Origin: an uncultured Mediterraneibacter sp.
Lineage (GTDB): Bacteria; Bacillota; Clostridia; Lachnospirales; Lachnospiraceae
Direction: 5' to 3'
Length of the DNA: 64,000 bases
NCBI GenBank assembly: GCA_944381125.1
Contig: CALWKB010000017.1
Coordinates: forward strand, 8,092 to 72,091
The notes beneath the pieces were generated by a model. The model saw nothing but the letters and a program-made list of their open reading frames with translations. It made no database searches and was not told where the DNA came from. Position numbers and translations under genes: made by a program. Below, one piece after another: positions 1 to 9,657 of this stretch (the first letter of the stretch is position 1; every line of letters begins with the position of its first letter).

Positions 1-696
1 CTGAAGCTGGTGGCGGACAGCCCCGACTGTCCGAAGTCTTCCTGCCCTTCTCCGGAAGAATACATGTCCCTTTACAGATGCGGCGCGGAACGGGTTTATG
101 TTGTAACCCTTTCGTCTGAGCTGAGCGGCTCCTATAACAGCGCTGAAGTGGGAAGGAAGCTTTTCGCGGAAGAGGACAGTGAAAAGAAAATTTATGTTTT
201 TAATTCCAGATCCGCTTCGGTGGGCGAGACGCTTATCGCGCTGAAGATCAGAGAGTGCGAGGAGCAGGGGATGGATTTTGAACAGGTGACGTCGCATGTC
301 GAGTCATATATTGAAAGTCAGAATACGTATTTTGTACTTGAGAATCTTGATACGCTGAGAAAAAACGGACGGCTGACAGGCATTCGGTCGCTTGTCGCAA
401 GCGCGCTGAATATCAAGCCGGTGATGGGCTCTACACCGAAAGGGACGATCTGTCAGCTCGGTCAGGCGCGCGGGATGAAGCGCGCGCTGGACAAAATGGC
501 GGACTATATTGCGCAGAACGCCGAGATGCCGGAGAAAAAGATTCTCGCTATCGCCCACTGCAACTGCCCGGAGAGGGCGGAAGAAGTAAGGCGGCTCCTG
601 CTTGACAAGATAAACGTCAGGTCAAGTTTTGTTGTAAATACAGCGGGAATCAGCACAATGTATGCGAATGACGGCGGAATTATTGTTGTACTGTGA
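1..696 (+). CDS. DegV family fatty-acid-binding protein (5'-partial)
   Basis: Frame open from base 1; motifs TLSSELSGSYNSA, FNSRSASVGE, L.KNGR, IKPVM and IAHCN are typical of DegV. Confidence 0.9.
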   Translation: MKLVADSPDCPKSSCPSPEEYMSLYRCGAERVYVVTLSSELSGSYNSAEVGRKLFAEEDSEKKIYVFNSRSASVGETLIALKIRECEEQGMDFEQVTSHVESYIESQNTYFVLENLDTLRKNGRLTGIRSLVASALNIKPVMGSTPKGTICQLGQARGMKRALDKMADYIAQNAEMPEKKILAIAHCNCPERAEEVRRLLLDKINVRSSFVVNTAGISTMYANDGGIIVVL

Positions 697-745
697 CGGA
701 TGTTGTGGTAAACTGTCAATAGTGCAACGAAGGGAGCGATGAAAG

Positions 746-994
746 ATGAGTCAGGAAAAGGTGGATCGCTATAAAAAAGATAAAGCGAACAGAAAGCAGC
801 AGATGAGAAAACAGAAGATGCAGGGGATCGTACGAAAAGCGGTTCTGTCGCTTGCGGCGCTTGCCCTGGTAGGATGGCTGGGATACTCCGCGTGGGAATC
901 CTGGGATTCCAACAGAGAGAGGCCGGTGGCTGAAGTAAATTACGATTCTGTTTCAGATTATCTGAATACACTTACAACTTCCGAAACGGAATAA
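746..994 (+). CDS. Small single-pass membrane protein of unknown function
   Basis: 82-aa ORF with RBS (GGGAG); basic N-terminus, hydrophobic segment AVLSLAALALVGWLGYSAW, followed by a terminator. Confidence 0.75.
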   Translation: MSQEKVDRYKKDKANRKQQMRKQKMQGIVRKAVLSLAALALVGWLGYSAWESWDSNRERPVAEVNYDSVSDYLNTLTTSETE

Positions 995-1029
995 AATGTT
1001 TTTTATCAGATAGAATATGAGTTGTGCAC

Positions 1030-1074
1030 AAGATATGGGGTACAGGGATTTCCTTGTACCCCATATCTTTGTTT
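1030..1074 (+). terminator. Intrinsic terminator
   Basis: 18-bp stem aagatatggggtacaggg / ccttgtaccccatatctt (one G-U), loop attt, followed by tgttt. Confidence 0.8.
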
Positions 1075-1132
1075 ATGCCCGAAAACGGCATATTTTCGCG
1101 CTTTTTCGTGAATGAAAAAGATAAAAAAGGGG

Positions 1133-1161
1133 TTGAAAAAGGCAGGGGCGTGGTATAAAAT
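1133..1161 (+). promoter_or_regulatory. sigma-A promoter of the mraZ/dcw operon
   Basis: TTGAAA-17nt-TAAAAT upstream of mraZ. Confidence 0.7.
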
Positions 1162-1204
1162 GGAGTCAAGTGGTAACAAGTGGTGGACGGTGGGATAAAG
1201 TGGG
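1150..1204 (+). promoter_or_regulatory. MraZ-binding direct repeats
   Basis: (G/A)TGG(T/A/G) repeated six times at exact 10-bp spacing (1150, 1160, 1170, 1180, 1190, 1200), overlapping the -10; matches known MraZ autoregulatory boxes. Confidence 0.85.
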
Positions 1205-1243
1205 GAGCGATGTGGAGGCTCACATTTAGAGAAAGGGTTCCGG

Positions 1244-1681
1244 ATGTTATTAGGAGAATTCAATCACAGCATTGATGAAAAGGGCAGACTGATCATCCCG
1301 GCAAAGCTGAGAGATGATCTGGGTGACAGCTTCGTTATCTGCAACGGACTGGAAGGCTGTCTTTTTGTCTACTCCAGGGAAGAATGGAACAAATTTGTCT
1401 CTGAACTTGAAACCTTACCACGAATGAACAAGGATGCCAGAATATTTAAGCGATACTTCTTTGGAAGCGCTTCGGAGGGCAGTTTCGACAGGCAGGGGAG
1501 AGTGCTTGTCCCCCCTTCGCTCCGCAAAGCGGCGCATCTGGAAAAAGACGTAGTCCTGGTGGGAGTTCAGGACCGCGTTGAGATCTGGGACAAAGCTCTC
1601 TGGGAAGAGAGAAGCCAGGTGAGCGAAGAAGATCTGGATGCAATCGCGGAACGTATGGAGTCCATCGGAATCCGTATCTGA
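1244..1681 (+). CDS. mraZ: Division/cell wall cluster transcriptional repressor MraZ
   Basis: [11 protein letters not shown] and FD.QGRVLVP duplicated motifs; first gene of the dcw cluster. Confidence 0.97.
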   Translation: MLLGEFNHSIDEKGRLIIPAKLRDDLGDSFVICNGLEGCLFVYSREEWNKFVSELETLPRMNKDARIFKRYFFGSASEGSFDRQGRVLVPPSLRKAAHLEKDVVLVGVQDRVEIWDKALWEERSQVSEEDLDAIAERMESIGIRI

Positions 1682-1694
1682 CAGGGAGGAGATT

Positions 1695-2642
1695 ATGGCA
1701 TTCGAACACACAACAGTTCTGCTGGATGAGACAGTGGACGGGCTTAACGTCAGACCTGACGGCATATATGTGGACGCAACCCTCGGAGGAGGCGGACATG
1801 CCTTTAAAGTCTGTACGAAGTTAGGCAGCACGGGGAGATTAATAGGAATAGACCAGGATGCCGACGCCATTGAGGCGGCGGGGAAACGCCTGGAAGGCTT
1901 CGGGGAGAAGGTCACGATAATCAGGAGCAATTACCGTGATATGAAGCCAGAGCTCCATAAGCTGGGCATTGACGGTGTAGACGGCATTACGCTTGATCTT
2001 GGAGTCTCGTCCTATCAGCTGGATACTGCGGAAAGAGGTTTTTCCTACCGCATGGACGCTCCGCTTGATATGCGGATGGATCAGAGACAGAAGCTGACGG
2101 CCAGAGACATTGTCAACGGGTACAGCGAGGCGGAGCTTTTCCGCGTGATCCGCGATTACGGTGAAGACAGATTCGCGAAAAACATCGCGAAACATATCGT
2201 GGCGGAGCGTGAAAAAGCGCCTGTTGAAACGACGGGGCAGCTGAATGAAATTATAAAGCGGGCCATTCCGATGAAAGTTCAGAAAACCGGAGGACATCCG
2301 TCAAAGCGGACCTTTCAGGCGATCCGGATCGAACTGAACCACGAACTGGAGGTGCTCAGAGATTCGCTGGATGAAATGATCGACATGCTTCGTCCGGGAG
2401 GGAGAATCTGTGTGATAACATTTCATTCGCTGGAAGACAGGATCGTAAAAAGCGCGTTTCGGAGAAATGAAAATCCTTGTACCTGTCCAAGTCATTTTCC
2501 TGTTTGTGTCTGTGGGAAAGTATCAAAAGGGAAAGTGATTACGCGTAAACCGATTCTTCCGACGCAGGAAGAAATGGAATCAAATCCCCGCTCAAAAAGC
2601 GCGAAGCTTCGCATATTTGAGCGCTCAGACACAGCAAAATAA
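1695..2642 (+). CDS. rsmH: 16S rRNA (C1402) N4-methyltransferase RsmH
   Basis: [49 protein letters not shown]; start placed at ATG 1695 after GGAGG. Confidence 0.97.
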   Translation: MAFEHTTVLLDETVDGLNVRPDGIYVDATLGGGGHAFKVCTKLGSTGRLIGIDQDADAIEAAGKRLEGFGEKVTIIRSNYRDMKPELHKLGIDGVDGITLDLGVSSYQLDTAERGFSYRMDAPLDMRMDQRQKLTARDIVNGYSEAELFRVIRDYGEDRFAKNIAKHIVAEREKAPVETTGQLNEIIKRAIPMKVQKTGGHPSKRTFQAIRIELNHELEVLRDSLDEMIDMLRPGGRICVITFHSLEDRIVKSAFRRNENPCTCPSHFPVCVCGKVSKGKVITRKPILPTQEEMESNPRSKSAKLRIFERSDTAK

Positions 2643-2866
2643 AGGGAGTATTTAAAACATAGTTCACACGTGGAGACATGTTTTCACTGACGCCGGGGAA
2701 AACACGCGGATGCAGACGTGTCTGTACGAAGAACATTTTCAGAACGGGGAAGGCCCCGGGCTGAGAACTGCGCGGCGGAGAATTAAAAAGAGCCGCGAGG
2801 AGTTGTTCCGACGGGAAGGGGAGAGCCCGGAAGAACGAAGAGAAAGAGAAAGGAGCTTTTGCAGAT

Positions 2867-3406
2867 ATGGCATCAGGCAGATATACAGGAAAGAGACAGT
2901 ACCATACGGCGGAAACGGGCAGAACACGGATTTACGTATACGGAAGCGCGGTCAGAAAAGCAGAGGCGATCCCGGCGCGCAGCCCGAAAGCAAGGCCGGT
3001 TCAGCCGAAAAGGACAAGCCATCAGGTGAAGAAAAACAGAAACCGCGCTATGAGCATCAGCCCGGCATACGCTGTGTTCCTTGCTGTCGCCGCTGTCTGT
3101 GCGGTAATGCTCTGCGTGATGTATCTGAGGCTCCAGTCTGATATAATGAACCGCTCTCAGAACGTAACAGCCCTTCAGCAGGATCTTGCGGACTTGACAG
3201 AAGCTAATGATACGGCATATAATGCAGCTGCGGACTCTGTTAATCTGGAAGAGGTAAAAGACCGGGCGATGAACGAGATGGGCATGGTTTATGCGTCAGA
3301 GGGCAATGTCATTGAATATGACAGCCCCACCGGCAGCTACGTAAAGCAGTACAGCTCGATTCCGGAAGACGGGATCCTTGCACAGTCAAAGATGGTATCA
3401 GAATAA
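2867..3406 (+). CDS. ftsL: Cell division protein FtsL-like
   Basis: Basic N-terminus, one TM helix and a coiled coil; lies between rsmH and the PBP genes. Confidence 0.75.
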   Translation: MASGRYTGKRQYHTAETGRTRIYVYGSAVRKAEAIPARSPKARPVQPKRTSHQVKKNRNRAMSISPAYAVFLAVAAVCAVMLCVMYLRLQSDIMNRSQNVTALQQDLADLTEANDTAYNAAADSVNLEEVKDRAMNEMGMVYASEGNVIEYDSPTGSYVKQYSSIPEDGILAQSKMVSE

Positions 3407-3418
3407 GGATTTTGGAGA

Positions 3419-5428
3419 ATGGCCGGTAGAAGAAAAAGAAGACACAGATTTCAGTTTTTAAAAAAGAGATTTCCGATCAGAATGCAACGGAAGCTGGTAA
3501 TGCTGTTTATGGCAATTATACTGGCTTTCGTTGTTCTTATTGGAAGAATTACATGGATTAATCTTACAAAAGGCAGCAGCTATACAAAGATTGTCCTGGA
3601 TCAGCAGAACTACAGCAGCCGTGTTATCGCATATAAGCGGGGAGACATTGTGGACCGCAACGGCACAAGGCTTGCCACGAGCGAGCGCGTGTACAATGTA
3701 ATCCTGGACATAAAGGTAATGACGGACAGAAAAGAGTACATCGAACCGACCAAAGAGGTTTTAAGCGAATGCTTTGGCATCGACGGAAGCACGGTCGACA
3801 AACTGATTGAAGAGAGGCCGGACAGCCAGTATGAGATCATGGCCCGGGGCGTGGATTATGAGACCGCGCAGAAATTTAACGCGATCGACGAGGATGACAA
3901 AAACTATCCGAATGTCAGGGGAATCTGGCTGGAGGAAGACTTTGTGCGGACGTACCCGTACGGAGAACTGGCGGGCGATGTGATCGGATTTACCTATTCG
4001 GGGAACCAGGGCGCGACCGGCATCGAGAGCGCGTACAACAGCGTTCTTAACGGCACTGACGGCAGAGAGTACGGATATTTTGACTCTGAGTCTTCCATGG
4101 AGAGGACTGTTAAAGACGCAAAAGACGGGAATACGGTTGTATCTACCATAGATGTGACGCTTCAGGGAATTGTTGAGGACTGCATCCGTGAGTTCAATGA
4201 AGAACTGGCGGGAGAGGGCGAACTGGGAAGCAAAAATACCGCGGTGATTATTGTGGATCCCAATACAGGAGAGATCCTTGCCGAGGCGTCTTATCCCGGA
4301 TATGATCTGAATGATCCTTGGGATCTTTCGTCGCTTTACACGGAAAAAGAGATTGACGCGATGACGGAGGAGGAAGAACTCGACGTGCTCAACAGCCTGT
4401 GGCGTAATTTCTGCGTCAGCGACGCCTATGAGCCCGGATCCACAATTAAGCCGTTCACCCTGGCGACAGGGCTGGAGACAGGCGCGCTGAACGGAGAAGA
4501 GTGGTATTACTGCGGAGGCGCTCTGGATGTGGAGGATTACACGATCCGATGCAGCATGAGAAGCGGACACGGCTCGGAGTCGACGCAGGACGCCATCGCC
4601 TATTCCTGCAATGTGGCTCTTATGCAAATGGCCGCGAAAATCGGGGCGGAGGATTTCTCCAGATATCAGCATATTTTCGGCTTCGGAGAGTATACGGGCA
4701 TCGATCTTCCGGGCGAAGCCGCGACACAGTCGCTGCTTTATACCGCGGATACGATGGGAAATGTGGAGCTTGCCACAAATTCGTTCGGACAGGGATTTAA
4801 TGTTACGATGACTCAGATGGCGGCCGCGTTTTCTTCACTTATTAACGGCGGTTATTATTATGAACCTCATGTGGTAAAACAGATTCAGGATGAAAACGGC
4901 AGCGTTATTGAGACAAAAGACCCGGCGCTGCTGCGCAAGACGATTTCTTCTGAAACATCGGAGAAAATGCGCGAATATCTGGGCGCGGTTATGGATTACG
5001 GCACCGGAAAAGGAGCCAGCGTAGAAGATTATGACATCGGAGCGAAGACGGGAACTGCCGAAAAACTTCCCAGAGGCAACGGGAAATATCTTTTGTCTTA
5101 TATGGGATTTGCTCCTCAGGATAATCCGGAGGTGCTGATCTATGTGGTTGTTGACGAACCGAACGTAGAGGCTCAGGACGACAGCTCGCTTGTGAGAAGG
5201 CTCGCCAAGAGCATTATGGAAGAAGCCTTCCCGTATCTTGGAATTACTACGATAGAGGACGAGGAAAAAGCGGCGGCTGAGGCGGCGGCCGCGGAAAGTA
5301 AATTTACCGGCGACGAAGAATATACGGATTATAATGAAGATTATAATGATACGTATAATAAGCCGGACGGAGAGTACATTGATGAAAATTATGCCCCGGA
5401 CCTGGATGACTGGGCGGGAGGCGAGTGA
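3419..5428 (+). CDS. Class B penicillin-binding protein (FtsI/PBP2B-like), acidic C-tail
   Basis: RG.I.DRNG dimerisation domain; SxxK (GSTIK), SxN (SCN) and KTG motifs. Confidence 0.92.
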   Translation: MAGRRKRRHRFQFLKKRFPIRMQRKLVMLFMAIILAFVVLIGRITWINLTKGSSYTKIVLDQQNYSSRVIAYKRGDIVDRNGTRLATSERVYNVILDIKVMTDRKEYIEPTKEVLSECFGIDGSTVDKLIEERPDSQYEIMARGVDYETAQKFNAIDEDDKNYPNVRGIWLEEDFVRTYPYGELAGDVIGFTYSGNQGATGIESAYNSVLNGTDGREYGYFDSESSMERTVKDAKDGNTVVSTIDVTLQGIVEDCIREFNEELAGEGELGSKNTAVIIVDPNTGEILAEASYPGYDLNDPWDLSSLYTEKEIDAMTEEEELDVLNSLWRNFCVSDAYEPGSTIKPFTLATGLETGALNGEEWYYCGGALDVEDYTIRCSMRSGHGSESTQDAIAYSCNVALMQMAAKIGAEDFSRYQHIFGFGEYTGIDLPGEAATQSLLYTADTMGNVELATNSFGQGFNVTMTQMAAAFSSLINGGYYYEPHVVKQIQDENGSVIETKDPALLRKTISSETSEKMREYLGAVMDYGTGKGASVEDYDIGAKTGTAEKLPRGNGKYLLSYMGFAPQDNPEVLIYVVVDEPNVEAQDDSSLVRRLAKSIMEEAFPYLGITTIEDEEKAAAEAAAAESKFTGDEEYTDYNEDYNDTYNKPDGEYIDENYAPDLDDWAGGE

Positions 5429-5439
5429 CGGATTTACCG

Positions 5440-5468
5440 GAATAACCCTGCAGGAGATGTAATATGCT
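5440..5468 (+). promoter_or_regulatory. Putative sigma-E promoter for the second PBP
   Basis: GAATAAC-14nt-AATATGCT, similar to the B. subtilis sigma-E consensus (ATA -35, 14-nt spacer, MATAnnnT -10). Confidence 0.55.
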
Positions 5469-5499
5469 GTAACAACATCTCCTTCGGGGTTATTTTTTT

Positions 5500-7221
5500 A
5501 TGAAGAATAAGACATATAATAAAAAAAAGCTGCTGATTGTATTTCTTTTCGCGGCGGCCATGATTTTCGGTCTTGTCGGCCGGCTTGTCTATCTTATGAT
5601 ATTCGACGCGGAGTATTACCAGGAACTGGCGGAGGACCTGCATGAAAGAGAAAGAGAAATCAAAGCCGCGAGGGGAGAAATTGTTGACAGGAACGGAGTT
5701 GTACTGGCGACAAACAGAACTGTCTGTACGATTTCGGTTATTCACAGTCAGATAAAAGAACCGGAGAAAATCATCCGCGTGCTTTCGGAAGAACTGGAAA
5801 TGGATCCGTCTGACGTCAGGAAGCGTGTGGAAAAAGTATCTTCAATGGAAAGAATTAAGACAAATGTGGACAAATCCGTGGGCGACCGGATCCGGGAATG
5901 TGATCTGGACGGGGTAAAAGTGGACGAAGATTACAAAAGATACTATCCGTATGACGATCTTGCCTCAAAAGTGCTCGGCTTTACCGGCGGAGACAATCAG
6001 GGAATTATCGGCCTGGAAGTAAAGTACGAAGATTATCTGAAAGGGACAAACGGGACGATCCTGACAGTGACGGACGCCAGGGGAATAGAACTGGAAGGAG
6101 TGGCCGAGGACAGGATCGAGCCGGTGGCGGGGGAAACGCTGCGGATCAGTCTGGATTATAATATCCAGGAGTACTGTGAGCAGGCGGCCCGCAGGGTTAT
6201 GGAGGAAAAGCAGGCGGACAGCGTGTCCGTTCTCCTTATGAATCCGCAGAACGGTGAAATATATGCGATGGTAAATGTCCCTGAATTTAACCTGAATGAC
6301 CCTTTTGAGCTGAATACAGGAGACGCAGACCGGCTGTCGGATGAGGAGCTGCAGGACGCTCTGAATCAGATGTGGAGGAACGGATGCATCAATGATACAT
6401 ACGAACCGGGTTCCACATTTAAAATTATTACCTCGGCGGCATGCCTGGAGGAAGGGGTTGTGAGCCTCGACGATACATTTGTCTGTCCGGGATACCGGAT
6501 TGTAGAAGACAGGAAAATACGCTGCCATAAGGTGGGAGGGCACGGGACGGAGACTTTTGTCCAGGGAATTCAGAATTCGTGCAATCCGGTTTTTATGGAT
6601 ATCGGACTGCGCCTCGGGAGCAGCCGCTTTTATGATTATTTCGGGCAGTTCGGGCTCCTGAAGCTGACGGGAGTGGATCTGCCGGGGGAGGCGGGAACAA
6701 TCATGCACCGGCGCGAAGACATCGGGACGGTGGAACTGGCCACCATGACTTTCGGCCAGTCGTTTCAGATTACGCCGATACAGCTTGCCACAACCGTGAG
6801 TTCGATAATAAACGGGGGCAGAAGGATAACGCCGCATCTTGCGACAGCTGTGGCGGATAGAGAAGGGGAGATAATCGAAGAGTTCCGGTATGAAACAGAA
6901 ACGGGAATTGTGTTGGAGGAGACTTCGGAGACGATGCGGATGCTTCTTGAGGGGGTTGTGTCGGAAGGATCCGGCAGAAACGCGTATATCGAAGGCTACT
7001 CGATCGGGGGGAAGACCGCCACTTCACAGACGCTTCCGCGAAGCGCCAATAAATACATTTCCTCTTTCCTCGGATTTGCCCCTGCGGACGATCCGCAGAT
7101 TCTCGGAATTGTCGTGATTCACAACCCGCAGGGGATTTACTATGGGGGAACGATAGCGGCTCCTGTTCTGAGAGATATATATGACAATGTCCTGCCGTAT
7201 CTCGGGATTGAAAAAAACTAA
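5500..7221 (+). CDS. spoVD: Class B PBP, stage V sporulation protein D-like
   Basis: RGEIVDRNG, EPGSTFK, SCN, KTA(T); upstream sigma-E-like promoter; position before mraY. Confidence 0.75.
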   Translation: MKNKTYNKKKLLIVFLFAAAMIFGLVGRLVYLMIFDAEYYQELAEDLHEREREIKAARGEIVDRNGVVLATNRTVCTISVIHSQIKEPEKIIRVLSEELEMDPSDVRKRVEKVSSMERIKTNVDKSVGDRIRECDLDGVKVDEDYKRYYPYDDLASKVLGFTGGDNQGIIGLEVKYEDYLKGTNGTILTVTDARGIELEGVAEDRIEPVAGETLRISLDYNIQEYCEQAARRVMEEKQADSVSVLLMNPQNGEIYAMVNVPEFNLNDPFELNTGDADRLSDEELQDALNQMWRNGCINDTYEPGSTFKIITSAACLEEGVVSLDDTFVCPGYRIVEDRKIRCHKVGGHGTETFVQGIQNSCNPVFMDIGLRLGSSRFYDYFGQFGLLKLTGVDLPGEAGTIMHRREDIGTVELATMTFGQSFQITPIQLATTVSSIINGGRRITPHLATAVADREGEIIEEFRYETETGIVLEETSETMRMLLEGVVSEGSGRNAYIEGYSIGGKTATSQTLPRSANKYISSFLGFAPADDPQILGIVVIHNPQGIYYGGTIAAPVLRDIYDNVLPYLGIEKN

Positions 7222-7236
7222 GTGATGAGTTATACT
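7208..7236 (+). promoter_or_regulatory. Internal sigma-A promoter for mraY-murD-ftsW-ftsQ
   Basis: TTGAAA-17nt-TATACT overlapping the end of the spoVD-like gene. Confidence 0.6.
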
Positions 7237-7302
7237 GTATTAGATATTCTGGGGAGAATCTGATTTCACCCGTGAAAACAAAAGAGAGGAAGAGGTAGAA
7301 CT

Positions 7303-8259
7303 ATGAGCAGTCATATTGTAATCCCGGTGCTGATATCATTTGCAGTCAGCCTTGTGCTCGGCCCGGTTGTGATTCCGTTCCTGAGAAAGCTGAAAATGAA
7401 GCAGACTGAAAGGACGGACGGGGTTAAGTCCCATCTGAAAAAGGCGGGCACGCCCACTATGGGGGGCATTATTATTCTCGTTTCCGTTATTGTGACTTCG
7501 CTTTTTTATGTGAAAGATTATCCGGCGGTCATCCCGGTTCTTTTTCTGACGGTGGCTTTCGGCCTGATCGGTTTTCTGGACGATTATCTGAAGGTTGTGC
7601 TGAAGCGTTCGGACGGCCTGATGCCCATGCAGAAAATGGCGCTTCAGATTGTAGTAACGGCCGTGTTCGCTTTTTATCTTGTAAAGGTGGCGGATGTGCC
7701 GCTGACCATGCTTGTGCCTTTCTCAGGCGGACGTTATCTTGATCTTGGCTGGGCGGCTGTACCGGTACTGTTTTTTGCCGTGATCGGTACGGTAAACGGA
7801 ACGAATTTTACAGACGGCCTGGACGGTCTTGCTTCCAGCGTCACTGTTCTTGTGGCTACGTTTTTTACCGTGGTAGCCGTCGGGACAAAGAGCGGCGTGG
7901 AGCCGGTTACATGCGCGGTAGTCGGAGCGCTTCTGGGATTTTTGCTCTTCAACGTATATCCGGCCAGTGTGTTTATGGGGGATACGGGTTCGCTCGCGCT
8001 GGGCGGCTTTGTGGCAGGTACGGCGTACATGATGCAGATGCCTCTGTTTATCATTATTGTCGGTTTTATTTACCTTGTGGAAGTGGCGTCTGTTATTATT
8101 CAGGTAACATATTTTAAGAAGACAGGCGGAAAGAGAATTTTCAAAATGGCGCCGATACATCACCATTTTGAGCTGTGCGGATGGTCTGAAACACGGGTTG
8201 TGGCTGTTTTTTCCATAATTACGGCGATTCTCTGTCTGATCGCTCTGATGGGGGTGTAA
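7303..8259 (+). CDS. mraY: Phospho-N-acetylmuramoyl-pentapeptide transferase
   Basis: KAGTPTMGG, GFLDD, NFTDGLDGL, VFMGDTGS, MAPIHHHFEL. Confidence 0.97.
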   Translation: MSSHIVIPVLISFAVSLVLGPVVIPFLRKLKMKQTERTDGVKSHLKKAGTPTMGGIIILVSVIVTSLFYVKDYPAVIPVLFLTVAFGLIGFLDDYLKVVLKRSDGLMPMQKMALQIVVTAVFAFYLVKVADVPLTMLVPFSGGRYLDLGWAAVPVLFFAVIGTVNGTNFTDGLDGLASSVTVLVATFFTVVAVGTKSGVEPVTCAVVGALLGFLLFNVYPASVFMGDTGSLALGGFVAGTAYMMQMPLFIIIVGFIYLVEVASVIIQVTYFKKTGGKRIFKMAPIHHHFELCGWSETRVVAVFSIITAILCLIALMGV

Positions 8260-8263
8260 GTAC

Positions 8264-9643
8264 ATGAATATAAAAGGTAAAAAAGTACTTGTATTCGGCT
8301 CGGGAATCAGTGGCGAAGCGGCGGCGGGCCTGCTGCTTCGACAGGGCGCCCGTGTTGTTCTGTATGACAGAAATGAAAAGATTGACCGGGACGCGGTGGA
8401 GAGGAAGATAGCGGACAGCGTGCAGGATAAGCAGGACATGCCGTGCGGCTGCCTGGAAATTATTCTCGGCAGATTCCCGGAAGAAATACTCGGCGAGCTT
8501 TCTCTTACGGTTATCAGCCCCGGCGTGCCTTCGGATCTGCCGGAAGTAGAGCAGATGAGAAAAATGGGGATACCGGTGTGGGGCGAGATTGAGCTGGCGT
8601 GGGTATTCGGAAAAGGCGACGTCCTCGCGATAACCGGAACAAACGGAAAGACGACGACAACCACGCTGCTCGGCGAAATCATGAAAAACTTTAAAGAGAG
8701 CGTCTTTGTTGTGGGAAATATCGGCAATCCTTATACAAGCGTGGCTTTAGAGACGGAAGAGGATTCGGTAATCGTCGCTGAGATCAGCAGCTTCCAGCTG
8801 GAGACGGTGCATACTTTCCGGCCGAAAGTCAGCGCGATTCTGAATATTACGCCGGATCATCTGAACCGCCACCATACAATGGAGGCATATATTGAAGCAA
8901 AAGAGCGGATTGCCGGAAACCAGACAAAAGACGAAGTGTGCGTGCTCAATTACGAAGATGAAGTACTCCGCGCGTTCGGAGAAAGAACAGAAGCTGAGGT
9001 TCTATATTTCAGCAGCGGACGTAGACTTAAAAGAGGAGTTTATCTTGACAATGGAGAGATCATTATAGACCTCGGAGAGAAAATTACTCTGTGCAGGACG
9101 GATGAGCTCCATATTCTGGGAATCCACAATTATGAAAATGTGATGGCGGCCGCGGCCATGGCCTTTGTCTTTGGCGTGCCTGCGGATATTATCCGCAGTA
9201 CAGTACTCGGATTCCGGGGAGTCGAGCACAGGATTGAGTTTGTGGCGGAAAAGAACGGCGTCGCTTTTTATAATGACTCGAAGGGGACGAATCCGGACGC
9301 GGCTATCCGCGGCATCCGTGCGATGAACCGGCCGACAGTGCTGATCGGAGGCGGATATGACAAAGATTCCACGTACGATGAGTGGATCGGCGCCTTTGAC
9401 GGCAAGGTGAAAAAGCTCGTGCTCCTTGGGGCAACCCGGGAGAAAATAGCAGCGGCGGCCAGAAAGGCCGGGTTTGACGACATCGTAATGGCCGACACGT
9501 TTGAGGAAGCTTTTGAAAAGTGCGTAGAGTACGCCGTGCCGGGCGATGCGGTTCTGCTCTCGCCGGCGTGCGCGAGCTGGGGAATGTTTAATAATTATGA
9601 AGAACGCGGAGATAAATTCAAAGAACTTGTAAATCAGCTTTAG
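8264..9643 (+). CDS. murD: UDP-N-acetylmuramoyl-L-alanine:D-glutamate ligase
   Basis: SPGVP, ITGTNGKTTTT, EISSFQL, NDSKGTN, LLSPACASW. Confidence 0.97.
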   Translation: MNIKGKKVLVFGSGISGEAAAGLLLRQGARVVLYDRNEKIDRDAVERKIADSVQDKQDMPCGCLEIILGRFPEEILGELSLTVISPGVPSDLPEVEQMRKMGIPVWGEIELAWVFGKGDVLAITGTNGKTTTTTLLGEIMKNFKESVFVVGNIGNPYTSVALETEEDSVIVAEISSFQLETVHTFRPKVSAILNITPDHLNRHHTMEAYIEAKERIAGNQTKDEVCVLNYEDEVLRAFGERTEAEVLYFSSGRRLKRGVYLDNGEIIIDLGEKITLCRTDELHILGIHNYENVMAAAAMAFVFGVPADIIRSTVLGFRGVEHRIEFVAEKNGVAFYNDSKGTNPDAAIRGIRAMNRPTVLIGGGYDKDSTYDEWIGAFDGKVKKLVLLGATREKIAAAARKAGFDDIVMADTFEEAFEKCVEYAVPGDAVLLSPACASWGMFNNYEERGDKFKELVNQL

Positions 9644-9657
9644 GGAGTGGATTTATA

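Noticed and set aside
2710-3141. 143-aa alternative-frame ORF overlapping ftsL
   Set aside because: Low-complexity basic translation with no good RBS; it overlaps a better-supported gene
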